A stretch of DNA of 64,000 nucleotides, from positions 2,643,373-2,707,372 of the forward strand of contig CAJINV010000009.1 in NCBI GenBank assembly GCA_905178155.1. Reading direction: 5' to 3'. Within the stretch, counting starts at the first letter, position 1, and every line of letters starts with the position of its first letter. Below the pieces are notes generated by a model that was not told the origin of the DNA, made no database searches, and saw only the letters and a list, made by a program, of their open reading frames with translations. The position numbers and the translations under genes were made by a program. This stretch comes from Amoebophrya sp. A120 (lineage: Eukaryota; Protista; Dinoflagellata). Positions 15,201 through 26,300 of this stretch are shown piece by piece.

Positions 15201-18200
15201 TCGTCGCTGACACCGGCCCACTGCTGGGCGAAGCGAAGTCGTTTCCGAAGCTCGTCTGACTCCCACGCCCACTGAAATTCGCGAAGTGCCCGGTCAAACT
15301 CCCGTCCGAAGCGTTGGGGGAGGAATCGGGCAAGTTTCCGAAATCCGGACTGGAAAGCATCAAACCTCCAGAGCCGGTACCAGTTTGATGTTCCTGCTGC
15401 TCGGTTGTAGTCATGCGGCCCGGGATAGAAATTTTCAACGGGTCAACGACGTTTGGGCTGGACGAGAACGACTCGTGATCTTTGGACAGAATCCCCTTTG
15501 GAAACAGCGGTCGCACCTGCTGGGCATGTGTACTGTCCGCTCTGCCGGTCCTAAATCCTATCTGCACATTCGCGGGCGACTGCACACCGTCCTCCGAGAG
15601 CAGGTCATCGAGATCGCCGATACCGGGAATTATAGTAGCACCACCTGCACCACCAGTCGTAAGAACATCCCGACTCTGATTTACCGGACTAGAGGCCAGC
15701 AGACGGAGGTTGGCACGGAGACCTGTGCCTGATGTTCCACCTCCTCCTATCCGGCTGGTTGCATAATTCCCGGCACTTCTCCCAGCTGCTTGGTTCCTGC
15801 CCGGTCTATTCCCTTCGCCGCGCGGATGCTGATTTATGTCATCAACACCATCACCTGTTTCCTGGATGCGCATTTGCATCTCGACGAACTTCTCCTGCGT
15901 CTCCACGTGTTGCCGCATCATTTCCATCCTTTTCGCCTGAGCTTGTTGCTCGTGGGAGAAGGAGCTGAGCATTTTAGTGCCATGTTGAGGTCCACCAGCT
16001 CGCTTCGAGTTCGACCCGCTCGATCTCGAAAAATCCGTCAGCTCCTGCTGCTGGATAATGTTTGCAAAAGCGTTCGCAACTACGCCAGACCGCTGGCTCG
16101 TGCTCCGGTTCCCGGAAAGGGAATATCAAATGTAAAAGTGTCTGGGTCTGGAAGAATGCAACTCGTCATGCCAAATCTGAAGCATGCAAAAATCTGTATG
16201 GCATGACTGCCAAAAGTCGTCCAGTTTTGACCAAGTCGGGAGGGAGTTTCTCATGCAGGATAGGCATGAGAGAGATCGCACAGAATCTGTCATGCTAGGT
16301 CATGCATTCCAGACCTCATGGGTCACGAAAAAGCTGCATGACAAATCGCGCATTCTTCCAGACCCAGACATTTTTACATTTGATAGGGAAGATATGCCAA
16401 CCAAACCGCCGATAGACGTGGGCGTTTGCTCGGTCTTCCTGCTCGATTCCGTCTTCGTCTGGCTTGGCATGGAAATTTCCGACTGCTCTTCCGTCGGGAA
16501 AAGAAGGGAATTGACGTTCAAATTCAAATCGATTTTAGGCGCGGATAACGGCCGAGTTAGTCGTGTAGTAGTAGTTGATCTCATCTTTTTAATGTTCGAT
16601 GGCGCGACGTCGAGAGACACAACTCGCTGTGCCGGCGGTGCAAGAGCTGCGATGTTGTTGGCCGGCGCTTCTCGTTCAATATTTTTCCCGGCATCGAACT
16701 TCGCGTCTGGTAACGGCGACGGGGTAAACGGCTCGAAATCGGATTGCTCTTTTTGAAACTTTCTGACGTCCTGCCAGGCAATTGGGTCCTGGGATTGATG
16801 CACGAGAGCGGGGGACATTGTAGCTATTTGCGGCTCCGCGTCTGGCTCCTCTTCCTGCCCGTGCTCTTGTTGGCCTAGCACTTGCTCTCCGGGTAGAATG
16901 AACCCTTGCTGCTGCCGCTGTGTAGTTAAAGTTATTGTTTTCTTGCTTCTTGCATCAGAAATAAAACGTTCCTCTTTATTGTAGTAGCTACTTCTAATCA
17001 ACGCCTCCCGCACTGCCGGATCTGTGTGATCGAACGGAGCGTCGTGACGGGCGATGCCGATATGTTCTTGCGATGGACCTCCGACACCACCACCTTCCTC
17101 GTCCAAATTGTTGAAGGGCCGGATAATGTTATCCCAAGAAAAAACTGTTTCACTGTGATGGTTTTATTGCAAGATCTGCATCACAAGTTTGCTACACATG
17201 ACACAGAAAAGTTGTCATGCGCGTTTTCCAAGGGAAAACACGCCTAAAAATCCGCTGTGTTCTTGCAGGTGTAGCAAGACAAACACCTTGGTGCTTCGTT
17301 CTCTGCATCACAGGTTCACAGTGAAGCAGTTTTTTCTTGCGATAAATGTAGTCTTTGTCCGAATCAAAATCCTCCATGTTCGTCCTTTTCCGTATCCAGG
17401 AAAAAACGCCCATCCCCATCCAATTTGTCATGCACAGCATGCATGAAGTCCACTATTTGCCATGCAAAAAATGGATGGGGATGGGTGTTTTTTCCTGGAT
17501 ATCCCGCTGCCTCGTACTACTGTTTGCGTTTCCCTCCGCAGCTGCTCCCGCCTGCTGCGGCCCCTTGCGGTTGTCGTACTGCCCGATCTTGTTCCACAAA
17601 CCTTGGATAAAGTCGTTTGGATGGGTTATCAAGGATACCGCTCCAGACCAAACTACGTCGTACCAATCCAAAGGGATCTCTGGGCCGGATTTTACCGATT
17701 TAGAATTTGAGGGTCTTGAACTCGATTTGTCGTGGGGAGGATCTTCGGGGGCCTCGTCCCCTACAGAGGCCGACGCATCGAAAGTTCTTTTCCTTTCAGG
17801 CAACATGGGAGCTGTTTGGCTCGCGCCGACCCCATAGTTTTTCGTAGTCGTGGTCCCTGTAGAGGTTGTGAAGTCGTGCTGTGTGGAGGTCATAATTTGC
17901 AGCCGAGAGGAGGACTGTTCCTCTCCTTTAGCACCTCGTGAAGACCGATTCTGATCTTCCAAATTCGCTGTGTAATTCAACGCCTGTTGAATCATCGATC
18001 CAGACGGGACGCCACCGGGCAAATCGTCACAATCATCTGCTTCTGCCCCCTTGTTCGTGTTTACATTTACAACAGCTTCCGGTACTGCAGACGAGGATGA
18101 AAAGTGTTTCTCCTCGGTTAACGGCCCTTGATCCGAATTCTGGCTGTTCAGCGAGCTTCTACTGGTGTTACTGGACTCGTGCGGGGAGAAGGAGAAGGCT

Positions 18201-21200
18201 GGGTCCGATGCGCTTCTGTGCTGCACGACTTGCACAACGTTCTCCGTGCTGGAATTCTGGGAGGAGGAATTTGTTTTCGGCGTATTCTTCTGCTGGACCT
18301 GGGTCAACATCGTGTTAGACTTGTTAGAACTTGCTTGTTTCTTTCTGCTTGCAATTGCTGCCGTCCCGGAGGTGCCTTGTTGGCTACCGCCACGACCACC
18401 TCCGCCGGCTCCTGGTGCCTCGTCTGCAAATGAAGATTCTCCTCCAGCAACATCTTGTGCTGCTGTTGTAACACCAGAAGCCACAATGTCCTCCTCCTGA
18501 TCTTTCTTTGCCTCCTTCCATTTGCACCTCCGTCCGAACAGAATCAGCACCAGCTCGTGCTCACACCCCGCTTGCTGCTTATGCAATACAAATTTCTCGT
18601 ACACGACGTACAAAATGCATCACACATAATTTCGCCATACTCAGAATGTAACACTTGTCATGCTGATTAGCATCGCAGGCAAGGTCTGTTATGCAGACTC
18701 CATATTTTTTGTATACTGTATGAGAGCGTTTGAGCAATTAATTTTTCCGCAATTCAAAAAATCGCGTATTTAAGATTAAGGTATCTGTCAATCCCCACGG
18801 TATGATCGTTTTTGCAGTCGCCGTTGCGGAGTGGAAAAGCTGGTGTCTCCGGTGCCGGTTTTGGGTGAGTTATGCAATGAGATAAATAGGGAGATTCCAA
18901 CTTGAGCTAGCTAATTTAGGTATCTTGGTATGTATGTTTTTGATGTAGATATTGATGGCGTTAGGATACGCATTTAGATTAGACCAAGCGACGACCCTTT
19001 GAAGACCGGCGATTTGACGTCGCGGGGCCCCGTGCACGGGGCCCCGCGACGTCTTGGCCACCGTCTTACCTGGCTACCTAGGAAGCAACCTCCAGAAGGC
19101 AGCTGAATAGCGGCCGCAGTTCTTGATTTGTCATGCATAAATACTTCTATCTTAATTAGCTAGCTCAAGTTGGAATCTCCCGTATTTGACAACCATACCT
19201 TACAGCCGGATCACCAAACAACCGGATCATCAGGCTTCGACATCACCAGCGTGGCGGCGGCGATAAAAGAAACAAAATGGAATGATTTTATTACAAAAAT
19301 CTATTTTTTGAATTGCGGAAAAATTAATTGCTCAAACGCTCTCATATACTGTACGTCGTGCACAACGGGAAATTTACTGTGGATACTTCTGCCGTTCGAT
19401 GCACTCTTTAAGAAACCGCAGCATGTGGTGCAGGATCATCTCACCAGAGGAACTGTATTCGTAGATCTCTTTCGAGACTTCGATGAACATGTAGATCTCC
19501 GCGGCGGTCGACCGGAAGGAGATTTCTGTCTTCTCCGTCACAAGACCGGTTAGCAACTTCGGCGGTTTGGGCTTCGGCTTCGCTGCTATTCCATCTTGAT
19601 GCGACTCGGTCGGTGATGGTTGAGCGGACACGATATTGGACGAGGTCCCAGCGGGAGATGAAGCTGCCACCACGGCGGCGGCTCCCCCGACGACCGGGGA
19701 TGGCATCGGTGGCGTTCCACCGCCAGCTGAAGTGGTTGATCCCTGCCCGGATTTTGACTTCGAAGCAAGGGCTGCTCTGATTCCAGTCTGAAGATCCTTC
19801 GTGTTAGAAGTACTACCATCATTTTGCGCAGAATTATCTTCCACGTCCATGATCGCCACACTTGTCGCCAGCGCGTGCTCCACCAAGTAATCGGACTCTG
19901 GCGGGTTAAATCCCTGGTAGAAAACCGGTGCGATACCGGATTGCTGGAGATCTAGTAGCGATTTCTGGTAGTACCAAATATCGCGCTTGCTCATCTGCCG
20001 TCTCGCAGTTAGCGTGATTTCCAAATTCTCCAGAGTGTACTTCTTCTCCTCCTCCAATGGGATCAAAATCAGTTCCAACGAGTTTTCTGACAGTTGTAAA
20101 GTGGAGAGATTTAGATTCAGGAAGTTCTGTTGCTGTTGCTGCATAAACTCAATGTCCTTCGCATTCGGGTTGGCAACATTCGTTTGCGAAAACATCTATG
20201 CATTGCAAATATGCCTGGGTCTGGAATAAACTTGTGATGCTAATTTATGAATTGTGGGGTCACTATAATAGGCAGCCACGCATGAGAAGTTTCTGGGCCC
20301 CCTTGTGTTCTTTCGCTTTCCGCATGACAAACTACATTTTTGCATGACACGCAAGAGGCTCTTTTCGTGCTCACGCATTACAGCTTCACTAGTGATGAGA
20401 GACACGCATGACAAATAACTTGCATTCTTCCAGAACCAGACACATTTGCATTGGATAACATCCCTCCCGGCGCGCCCGACGGGTTCACGACAATCGTGTT
20501 TGCGCCGGGGATATCAAATGCAAATATGTCTGGGTCTGGAAAGTTGCAACTTGTGATGCTGCCTTTGGATTCTACACAGAATCTGTTTCGCGTGACCAGC
20601 AAAAGAGGTCCGCTTTTTGTTACACGGAGAGGGCATTTCTCATGCAGTACAGGCATCACAAAGCCCTCAACAAATCTGTGATGCTAGGGCATGCATCAGA
20701 GACATCAGAGGTCATGCTAAATATGCATTACAAGCGCTGTTTTTTTTCCAGACCCAGACATTTTTGCATTTAATAGGGGAGTTGGTTGACAATCCCCTGC
20801 GGCCCGATCGCGATTGAGCTGTACCTGGCGTTTAGACTGTATCAAGTGCAAAAGTGTCTGGGTCTGGAAGATTCTGAGACTTGTCACGCACGTTTTGCAT
20901 GAGCCTTGATGTCTGTGACGCATGCCCTAGCATCACAGATTTTTTGAGGGCTTCTTGATGCCTATTCCGCATGACAAATGCCCTCTCGTCCGCGGAGCAA
21001 AAAACGCGTTCCCTTTGCTGCTCATGCAATACAGATTTTTTTGGAATCCAAATGCAGCATCACAAGTTGCCTTCTTCCAGACCCAGACACTTTTGCATTT
21101 GATAGACTGTCGTAGCTGGCATTGTTTTTGTTGTCCGGATTCCCGAGGTCCTGGATCCGGTTCTTTTTCATGACCTGCTCGAAATTCCGATACAAAAATT

Positions 21201-24200
21201 TCCAATCAAAAGCCGCCTGGGCGAGTTTGGTGTCGATGGAAATCGCCGCGTTGTTGTTGGACTTAGGGAAGGAGGTGATGAGATTGAAGTTCGCGTAGGA
21301 ATAGGGGTCGGTGGAAATCAAGACGGTGGATGGTTGGTTTTGTTGTGATGTAGAAGTCAAAGAGGTCGAAGCGGCTCCAGAGCCCAGGCCCCCGCTAGTG
21401 CTGGAAGAAGTTGCACCACCGGTAGTTGTACTACCAAAAGAACTGCTCGGCGGCCCGCCTCCAGGACCACCATATCCCACGAAAAAAGTGTTACAGTTAC
21501 ACATTTGTAGCCAATTCAGCAACTGCATGAGAGAGAAAACTTGTAATGCAGAAATCCTACGGGAAAACAGCTATGAAACGAGGCTCCTATGCATATCCGG
21601 CATGACAGAGCTTGTCTGTCTTGCTTGGCCTGCAACACAATGCGTAACTGTAACACTTTTTTCTCACGATACACCACCGTACAAATTCACTGCCGAGTCC
21701 ACCATCATTTCTGGTTCTGCGCGGATATGGAAGCGTCAGGATTGAAATCGTCAAAGTTGAAATAATTTCTCATGCATAAAATGCAAGGCATGAAGTGCCT
21801 GTCTTGCCGGGATGGCAAGTGAGGCCGACTGTCAGCCTGTTTAGGGTTTGAAATAGAGCTGCTAAAGTAGCATGGCAAAAGCCTTCTTCTATCCCTAAAC
21901 AGCATGACAAACCGGATTTAGACGGTGCCGAAATTTGTCATGCGCCGCTTGGAAATTGGGCTTCCAACTGGTATCGATTTTCTGCATTACAACTTACTTC
22001 AATTTTGACAAAGATTTCAAACCTGACACTTCCATAGCGGAACAGCAAATAGTTGTCCCGGTCTGCTTCAAACTGCAAGCGGTACAACCGTATGCATTGC
22101 AAAAGTATCGTAAGTACAAATTGCATTACAAATCTTATCAGAAAGAAAAATGGACTTTGTAATGCTAATTCAGGTAAAAAGGTAGGTTTGTCATGCAAGA
22201 TTGCAATTAGTACGAGTACGATACTTTTGCACAGGATAAACCGACCGACTTTCAACGATCGGATTCTGGTTTTGTCAAAAAGCAGGGACTGGCGGTACCC
22301 GGTTGGTAGGGTAGAGTCTTTAGAAACGCTCGGACCTCCAGAGGCTGCAGAAGAAAGCAGAGCGCCGGCGCTGCTAGTGGTAGCCGAGGACGAAGCAACA
22401 TTCGCGGCAGCGGAAGCCGTATCAAATGTAAAAGTGTCTGGGTCTGGAAGAATGCAAGATTTGTGACGCAGCTTTTCCATGACCCATGAGGTCTGGAATG
22501 CGAGACCCAGCGTGACAGATTTTTTGAGGTCTCTATCATGCCTTTCCTGCATGAGAAACTCCCTCTCAACTTGGTCAAAAGCGGACAGCTTTTGGTACTC
22601 ACGCAACACATCATCATCATGTAGTGGACACCCGCTCCCAGCGCCACAGGTCAAGGATCCCCTCCCCGGGGGGTGGGCGAGGAAGCACTTTCGGCGACCT
22701 CAACATACAAAAGCCGAGCGCTACCACGGCAAGTCGCCCCAATACAAGTGCCAACCAGTCGGGAGCTACCCACCACACCTGATCAGCACAACCCGGCCAG
22801 CTAGCCGAGCGCGACAGCCCAACATACAGAACGATCCAGGACCCGACCCATAATTTTACGCCATAAGTTTTTGCTCTCACGGAAGAGACGACGTACCCCT
22901 TTGGGCTAAGGGGCGAGACTCTCCCTTAAGCCGCAACCCCACCCGGACAGGGGAGGCTGGACCATTTGTGCCTTACCTGCGGCACGGACGAAAAAGGCAA
23001 GGGCCGCGGACCACAGACGTCAAACCATTGGCCAGTTGTTTGTCACTGCTGACTGGCAACCCACCTGGGGCACAGCGACAACTTAAAGGTTTAGTTTGTG
23101 CGTGGCAGTCTTAGTGCAACTACTTGACTTATTCTGCAACAGAAGCAAAGGGGGAGAGGGGGGGCGGGGGTCTTACGCCAGAGTCGCGACGGGACTTACC
23201 TGGACGTAGGGTGCCTGGCAATCCCCTACTAACCCCATAACCCTTGCGCGCCCGTAACTTCGTCTTCGTCAGCACCGCGGCCAGGAATTTCGACACACCA
23301 TTTCCAGCATGGCGGCCGCCGTTTGTACGAAGTCCCACACGCAACTCCGTGGCCAGAAAGTCCGATACGAATCTTTCACGCCATGTCCATGGCGGCGGTA
23401 AGACTGCGCGTCGTGCCTGGTTAGCTCGTGATAGTCGTGCTGGAGTTGCTCGTGGTAGTCGTGCTGGTGTGCTGCAGTTGCTCGTGGTAGTCGTGCTGGT
23501 GTGCTGCAGTTGCTCGTGGTAGTCGTGCTGGTGTGCTGCAGTTGCTCGCGGTAGTCGTGCTGGTTAGCGTGACAGTCGAGGACGAAGTTGGAAATTGTGG
23601 CTCTCGAAACCGTCGAAAGTGTTTCAGAAAACGTGTAAATCTCGACCGGTCGGGCGCGCTTCCTTTTGGTTTGGCGTCGTAGTACTCGATGCCGCTGCAC
23701 TCGCAAAAGTTGCCTTCAGTCCTAGTCTAGCATGACAAGTTGGACACTGCAAGTTAGCGAAGTTTGTACATGTACAGGAAATTTACCTTGCATAAGGGGC
23801 ACTCCGTGTCTATGATCGCGATAGGGAGGAGCGTCGCGCAGAAGAGTTTCACGAAGCCCGTTCACTTCATGACCTCCAAATCGTAGCCGTAGGATTGAAA
23901 TTCTTGCAGCAGCGACTGTGAATTTCGGGCGCGGAAGGGCGTTTGCTTGTTAAACCGCCAGGTCCACACCGAGAAAATCCAGAGATTGGCGATCGCTTGC
24001 GCCAGGACGACTAGGATGGCGCCCAACGCACGGCTGTCTTCCTTCGGAATCTGCATCTTGGGCAAAACGCCGTCCTCTTCCCCGATCAGGAAGAGAGGGA
24101 GGACGCAGGCCATGTTGAGGAATGAATGTTGGAGCTAAAAAGGATAGAAGTGCACAACTTCAAGAACTTCTAGGTTGTAGACCGAATAGCGCCGGTGTCT

Positions 24201-25392
24201 GACCAAATGTAGATGGTCCTACTTGGAAAAAAATGAAAAAAAAAAACAATGGAAGCTACACAACAGACGACACTATCACTAACCTTGCTCCTCGTGCGCC
24301 TGTCTCATTAGTGTTGAGGCAGAAAATTATAAATCACAATGCTTGAGCCAAAAATAAATCACACAGATTTTTTTTGCATCATTCGGATTTAGCATGACAA
24401 GTTCTAATCTTCCAGACCCAGACATTTTTACATTTGATAAGCCGATGACGGGCCGCCCTGTGCGCCGCCGGAGGAGGTGGAAGAGGAGGCAGCTGCACCT
24501 GGAGTTGTTTGTAATGCAAGAATACTATAAAGGTCTTACTGCAAACTTGTCGCGCTCATCATGCTGATCGATGATGCTCAAGCTCATGCAAAGAAATACA
24601 TATAAGGCATCGCGTTTAATTGGTCTAATGGTAATGCGCTCCTCAGCGGCAGGAGAATTACAATTATCTCTGTTCTTGTTTCGTACCTGCCCCACCAGTA
24701 ACACCTCTTCCTCCCTTGCCGTCCTTTTTCGACGCCGGGTCGTCTTCATCATCTTCTGCTATCCGGTCTTTCGCGTAAACCTCGTGCGTGGTAAATTTGT
24801 GCGCCCGCGGGGTCGCAGCTTCTTCCCCCGTGGGCCCGGCAATTTGTTTCGCCGCCGCGGTTTGGTTGAACCGAGCGGGGTATGCATTGCAAATACGTCC
24901 GGGTCTGGAAACTTGTAATGCTGGGTTGGGAATGGTGAATGCTCTGCAATGCACAGCCAAGCACGAGAGGTTGTATCTGCGCTGCTTAGTGCTGTTGCAG
25001 ATTCTGCATGGCAGGCTGCGTTTTTGCATCACAAGGAAAAGAGTATCTTCTTGGACGCGCATCACAAGTTCTTCAGTCATGCCAGACAAGCATGACAAAC
25101 CTCGCATCCACCTTCCAGACCACCCAGACATAGATATTTGCATTTCATACGGCGATGGTGATTTGAGGACGGTTGAAACGACCCATAATTCCTTATGAAG
25201 TACTACTGGATATGCCAAATGAATGTAGTTCGTTGATGTTCTTGGTCGGTGACCTACGGGGGGGGTCAGGAAGCAAGGTATAGGAAACAAATACTGCTGG
25301 AATCCTTACATAGAAATACGAATTACAAGCAGTGCCACGGCAAGAGAAGTGAAAGACTTGCTGTGACGCTGACGCGTAACATCAATACCCAT
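1..25392 (-). CDS. DEPDC5: DEPDC5/IML1/SEA1-like GATOR1 subunit; multi-exon gene (32 introners plus canonical introns 24499-24686 and 25254-25388), 3' end beyond window start
   Basis: Joined exons give LVTEKTEISFRSTAAEIYMFIEVSKEIYEY..HELVLILFGR, LLEALNLALDAFEHHALDRSLTITGQGIFVLS..LICFRDRPLHRVPL and QLFEDLVGTRLVCGMQL, recognisable IML1/DEPDC5 motifs in the expected order. Frame checked across several junctions (981, 10800, 13421, 13696, 22420, 24499). Start ATG at 25392 is inferred. Confidence 0.8.
981..1118. mobile_element. Introner family B
   Basis: TAT..TGCAAAAGTATCG TIR; DR CTTCG both sides; removal gives APK|KKPSIL in frame. Confidence 0.9.
1652..1890. mobile_element. Introner family C
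   Basis: TATGGGGTTCTCAA/TTGAGAACGCCATA; DR TGGCA. Confidence 0.9.
1960..2216. mobile_element. Introner family A (left end degenerate, AGT)
   Basis: TIR; DR CAGAA. Confidence 0.85.
2253..2510. mobile_element. Introner family A
   Basis: TIR; DR CCCGT. Confidence 0.9.
3166..3488. mobile_element. Introner family I
   Basis: GGAAAAATCCCCCCTCCCCATA TIR; DR AGGAG/AGTAG. Confidence 0.85.
3714..3859. mobile_element. Introner family B
   Basis: TIR; DR ATTCG. Confidence 0.9.
3903..4150. mobile_element. Introner family C
   Basis: TIR; DR TGCTC. Confidence 0.9.
4222..4484. mobile_element. Introner family A
   Basis: TIR; DR TGCGC. Confidence 0.9.
5091..5396. mobile_element. Introner family J (single copy here)
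   Basis: TATGAAGGCCTCAG/CTGAGGCTTTCATA TIR; DR GCAGC/ACAGC. Confidence 0.85.
5714..5862. mobile_element. Introner family B
   Basis: TIR; DR CCTCC. Confidence 0.9.
5924..6208. mobile_element. Introner family F
   Basis: TATCCTGTGTAAAAACGTCCCCACCCCA TIR; DR TGCGA. Confidence 0.9.
6812..6961. mobile_element. Introner family B
   Basis: TIR; DR TCAGT. Confidence 0.9.
7369..7577. mobile_element. Introner family E
   Basis: GAAAAAACTGTTTCACTGTGA TIR; DR CAGCC. Confidence 0.9.
8265..8522. mobile_element. Introner family A
   Basis: TIR; DR TTGCT. Confidence 0.9.
9806..10014. mobile_element. Introner family E
   Basis: TIR; DR TTGTT. Confidence 0.9.
10127..10276. mobile_element. Introner family B
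   Basis: TIR; DR TCACA. Confidence 0.9.
10800..11034. mobile_element. Introner family C
   Basis: TIR; DR TCCAC; frame restored (VRV|EQHQAG). Confidence 0.9.
13421..13575. mobile_element. Introner family B
   Basis: TIR; DR GTTGT. Confidence 0.9.
13696..13804. mobile_element. Introner family D
   Basis: TATCCAGGAAAAAACACCCATCCCCATCCA TIR; DR CCGAC. Confidence 0.9.
16124..16385. mobile_element. Introner family A (opposite orientation to 2253 copy)
   Basis: TIR; DR GGGAA. Confidence 0.9.
17130..17344. mobile_element. Introner family E
   Basis: TIR; DR AATGT. Confidence 0.9.
17393..17501. mobile_element. Introner family D
   Basis: TIR; DR TTCCG/TCCCG. Confidence 0.88.
18580..19385. mobile_element. 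Introner family K carrying a nested element
   Basis: TATGCAATACAAATTTC/GAAATTTACTGTGGATA; DR CTGCT/CTTCT. Confidence 0.85.
18719..19346. mobile_element. Nested TAT..ATA TIR element (44-bp perfect TIR)
   Basis: TATGAGAGCGTTTGAGCAATTAATTTTTCCGCAATTCAAAAAAT at both ends (inverted); DR TACTG. Confidence 0.9.
20197..20457. mobile_element. Introner family A
   Basis: TIR; DR ACATC. Confidence 0.9.
20512..20775. mobile_element. Introner family A
   Basis: TIR; DR GGGGA. Confidence 0.9.
20840..21104. mobile_element. Introner family A
   Basis: TIR; DR GACTG. Confidence 0.9.
21473..21671. mobile_element. Introner family E
   Basis: TIR; DR CACCA. Confidence 0.9.
21726..22036. mobile_element. Introner family G
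   Basis: TATGGAAGCGTCAGGATTGAAATCGTCAAAGTTGAA TIR; DR GCGGA. Confidence 0.9.
22091..22238. mobile_element. Introner family B
   Basis: TIR; DR AACCG. Confidence 0.9.
23425..23563. repeat. 32-bp tandem repeat (GTTGCTCGTGGTAGTCGTGCTGGTGTGCTGCA), about 3 full plus partial copies
   Basis: Direct reading. Confidence 0.85.
23862..24113 (-). CDS. Possible 83-aa ORF with one hydrophobic segment inside the retroposed insert
   Basis: ATG-initiated ORF downstream of the relict SL; no recognisable family. Confidence 0.3.
   Translation of the reverse strand: MACVLPLFLIGEEDGVLPKMQIPKEDSRALGAILVVLAQAIANLWIFSVWTWRFNKQTPFRARNSQSLLQEFQSYGYDLEVMK
24342..24355 (-). other. Relict dinoflagellate spliced-leader (DinoSL) 3' segment
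   Basis: ATTTTTGGCTCAAG; 12-nt exact match to the 3' end of DinoSL (DCCGTAGCCATTTTGGCTCAAG), at the insertion boundary. Confidence 0.75.
24499..24686 (-). other. Canonical GT-AG intron
   Basis: GCAG|GTACG ... CTCCAG|GTGC; frame preserved. Confidence 0.75.
24881..25149. mobile_element. Introner family A
   Basis: TIR; DR CGGGG/CGGCG. Confidence 0.88.
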
Positions 25393-26300
25393 GATTAAAT
25401 ACCGAGCTGGTCGTCCGGCCAAACGGACGGACGACTAGCTCTCGACAAAATGTGATGGCAACAAGTCAAGCGCGCTTCCTGATCCTGTCTACATATTCAT
25501 CGAAAAAAATGAATCACAATCATGGATGAAGAGAGATCGCTGAAAATGGAAAAGAAGAAGACCACATCATAACAACCAATTACATTTTTCATCCACCACG
25601 AAACGCGTAATCGCATATTGCGACATGATGCGTTCTCCAAACCATAAAATCAAAACTATCCTTCGGCCGCGTCATGACAAGAAGGTACCGAAAAAGCAAA
25701 AGGGTATCGGCATCATGATCCGAATTCAGCAAATTACAACCAGTGCGGCGGCAGCGGCACGGCGGCAGCGGCATGGCGGCAGCGGCACAAATCACGATTA
25801 CAACCAGAACTAAAACTTGACTCAAAAAGCCCTGGATAAAAAGCGAGCAGACGTCAAAGGTCAGCGCGTTGAGATCATTGCGAAAAGGCGGGGATAGATC
25901 GAAAGAACCAGTCACTGTTAAAAACCGCTTTCGCTTTTCGAAGAACTGCAACTGCAAACTGGAACGAAAAAACAAAAAGAAAAAGCGCAGAGCCTATCGC
26001 TACTTTGAGAATCGGTACCTGTATCTGAACTATAGAACGTACGAAGAAGATGAGCGGCAAACAATTAGAATTAATATCACAAGAAGCGCGAACATTAGCA
26101 TTACTTCTTAGGGGGTGCTTTCCGTATTTTTGCGTCGGGACCACTACATCAGCATCGTTTTCTCAATTGCACGAGCCTGATTGCTTAAATCATCGCGCAG
26201 TTGCATTTTTTTCGAAAATTGTTACACCTAACTCCGCGTAGTAGCAAGGCGTGCAACAAAACAATTTTCCAGTGTCTGTATCTCGCAGGCTACGTCAACA

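Larger units (their letters stand above)
22611..24360 (-). mobile_element. Retroposed insertion: relict spliced leader at 5' end, (TGA)n tail at 3' end
   Basis: Flanked by ACACA duplication. Minus strand has TTTTGGCTCAAG at its 5' end (24353-24342) and ends in TGA repeats. The 3' ~70 bp recur at 50738-50812. Confidence 0.7.
22420..24439. mobile_element. Introner family A split by a 1.75-kb insertion
   Basis: TIRs at 22420 and 24439; DR AGCCG; frame restored (GPSSA|SAAAN). Confidence 0.88.

Noticed and set aside
8743-18500. Plus-strand ORFs overlapping the DEPDC5-like exons
   Set aside because: Antisense shadows of low-complexity coding sequence.
23194-23203. ACTTACCTGG resembling the U1 snRNA 5' end (similar at 19065)
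   Set aside because: No U1 loop I/II motifs or Sm site follow; equally a consensus 5' splice site on the other strand or chance.
22611-23250. Reverse transcriptase remnant in the retroposon
   Set aside because: No RT or endonuclease motifs in any listed frame.
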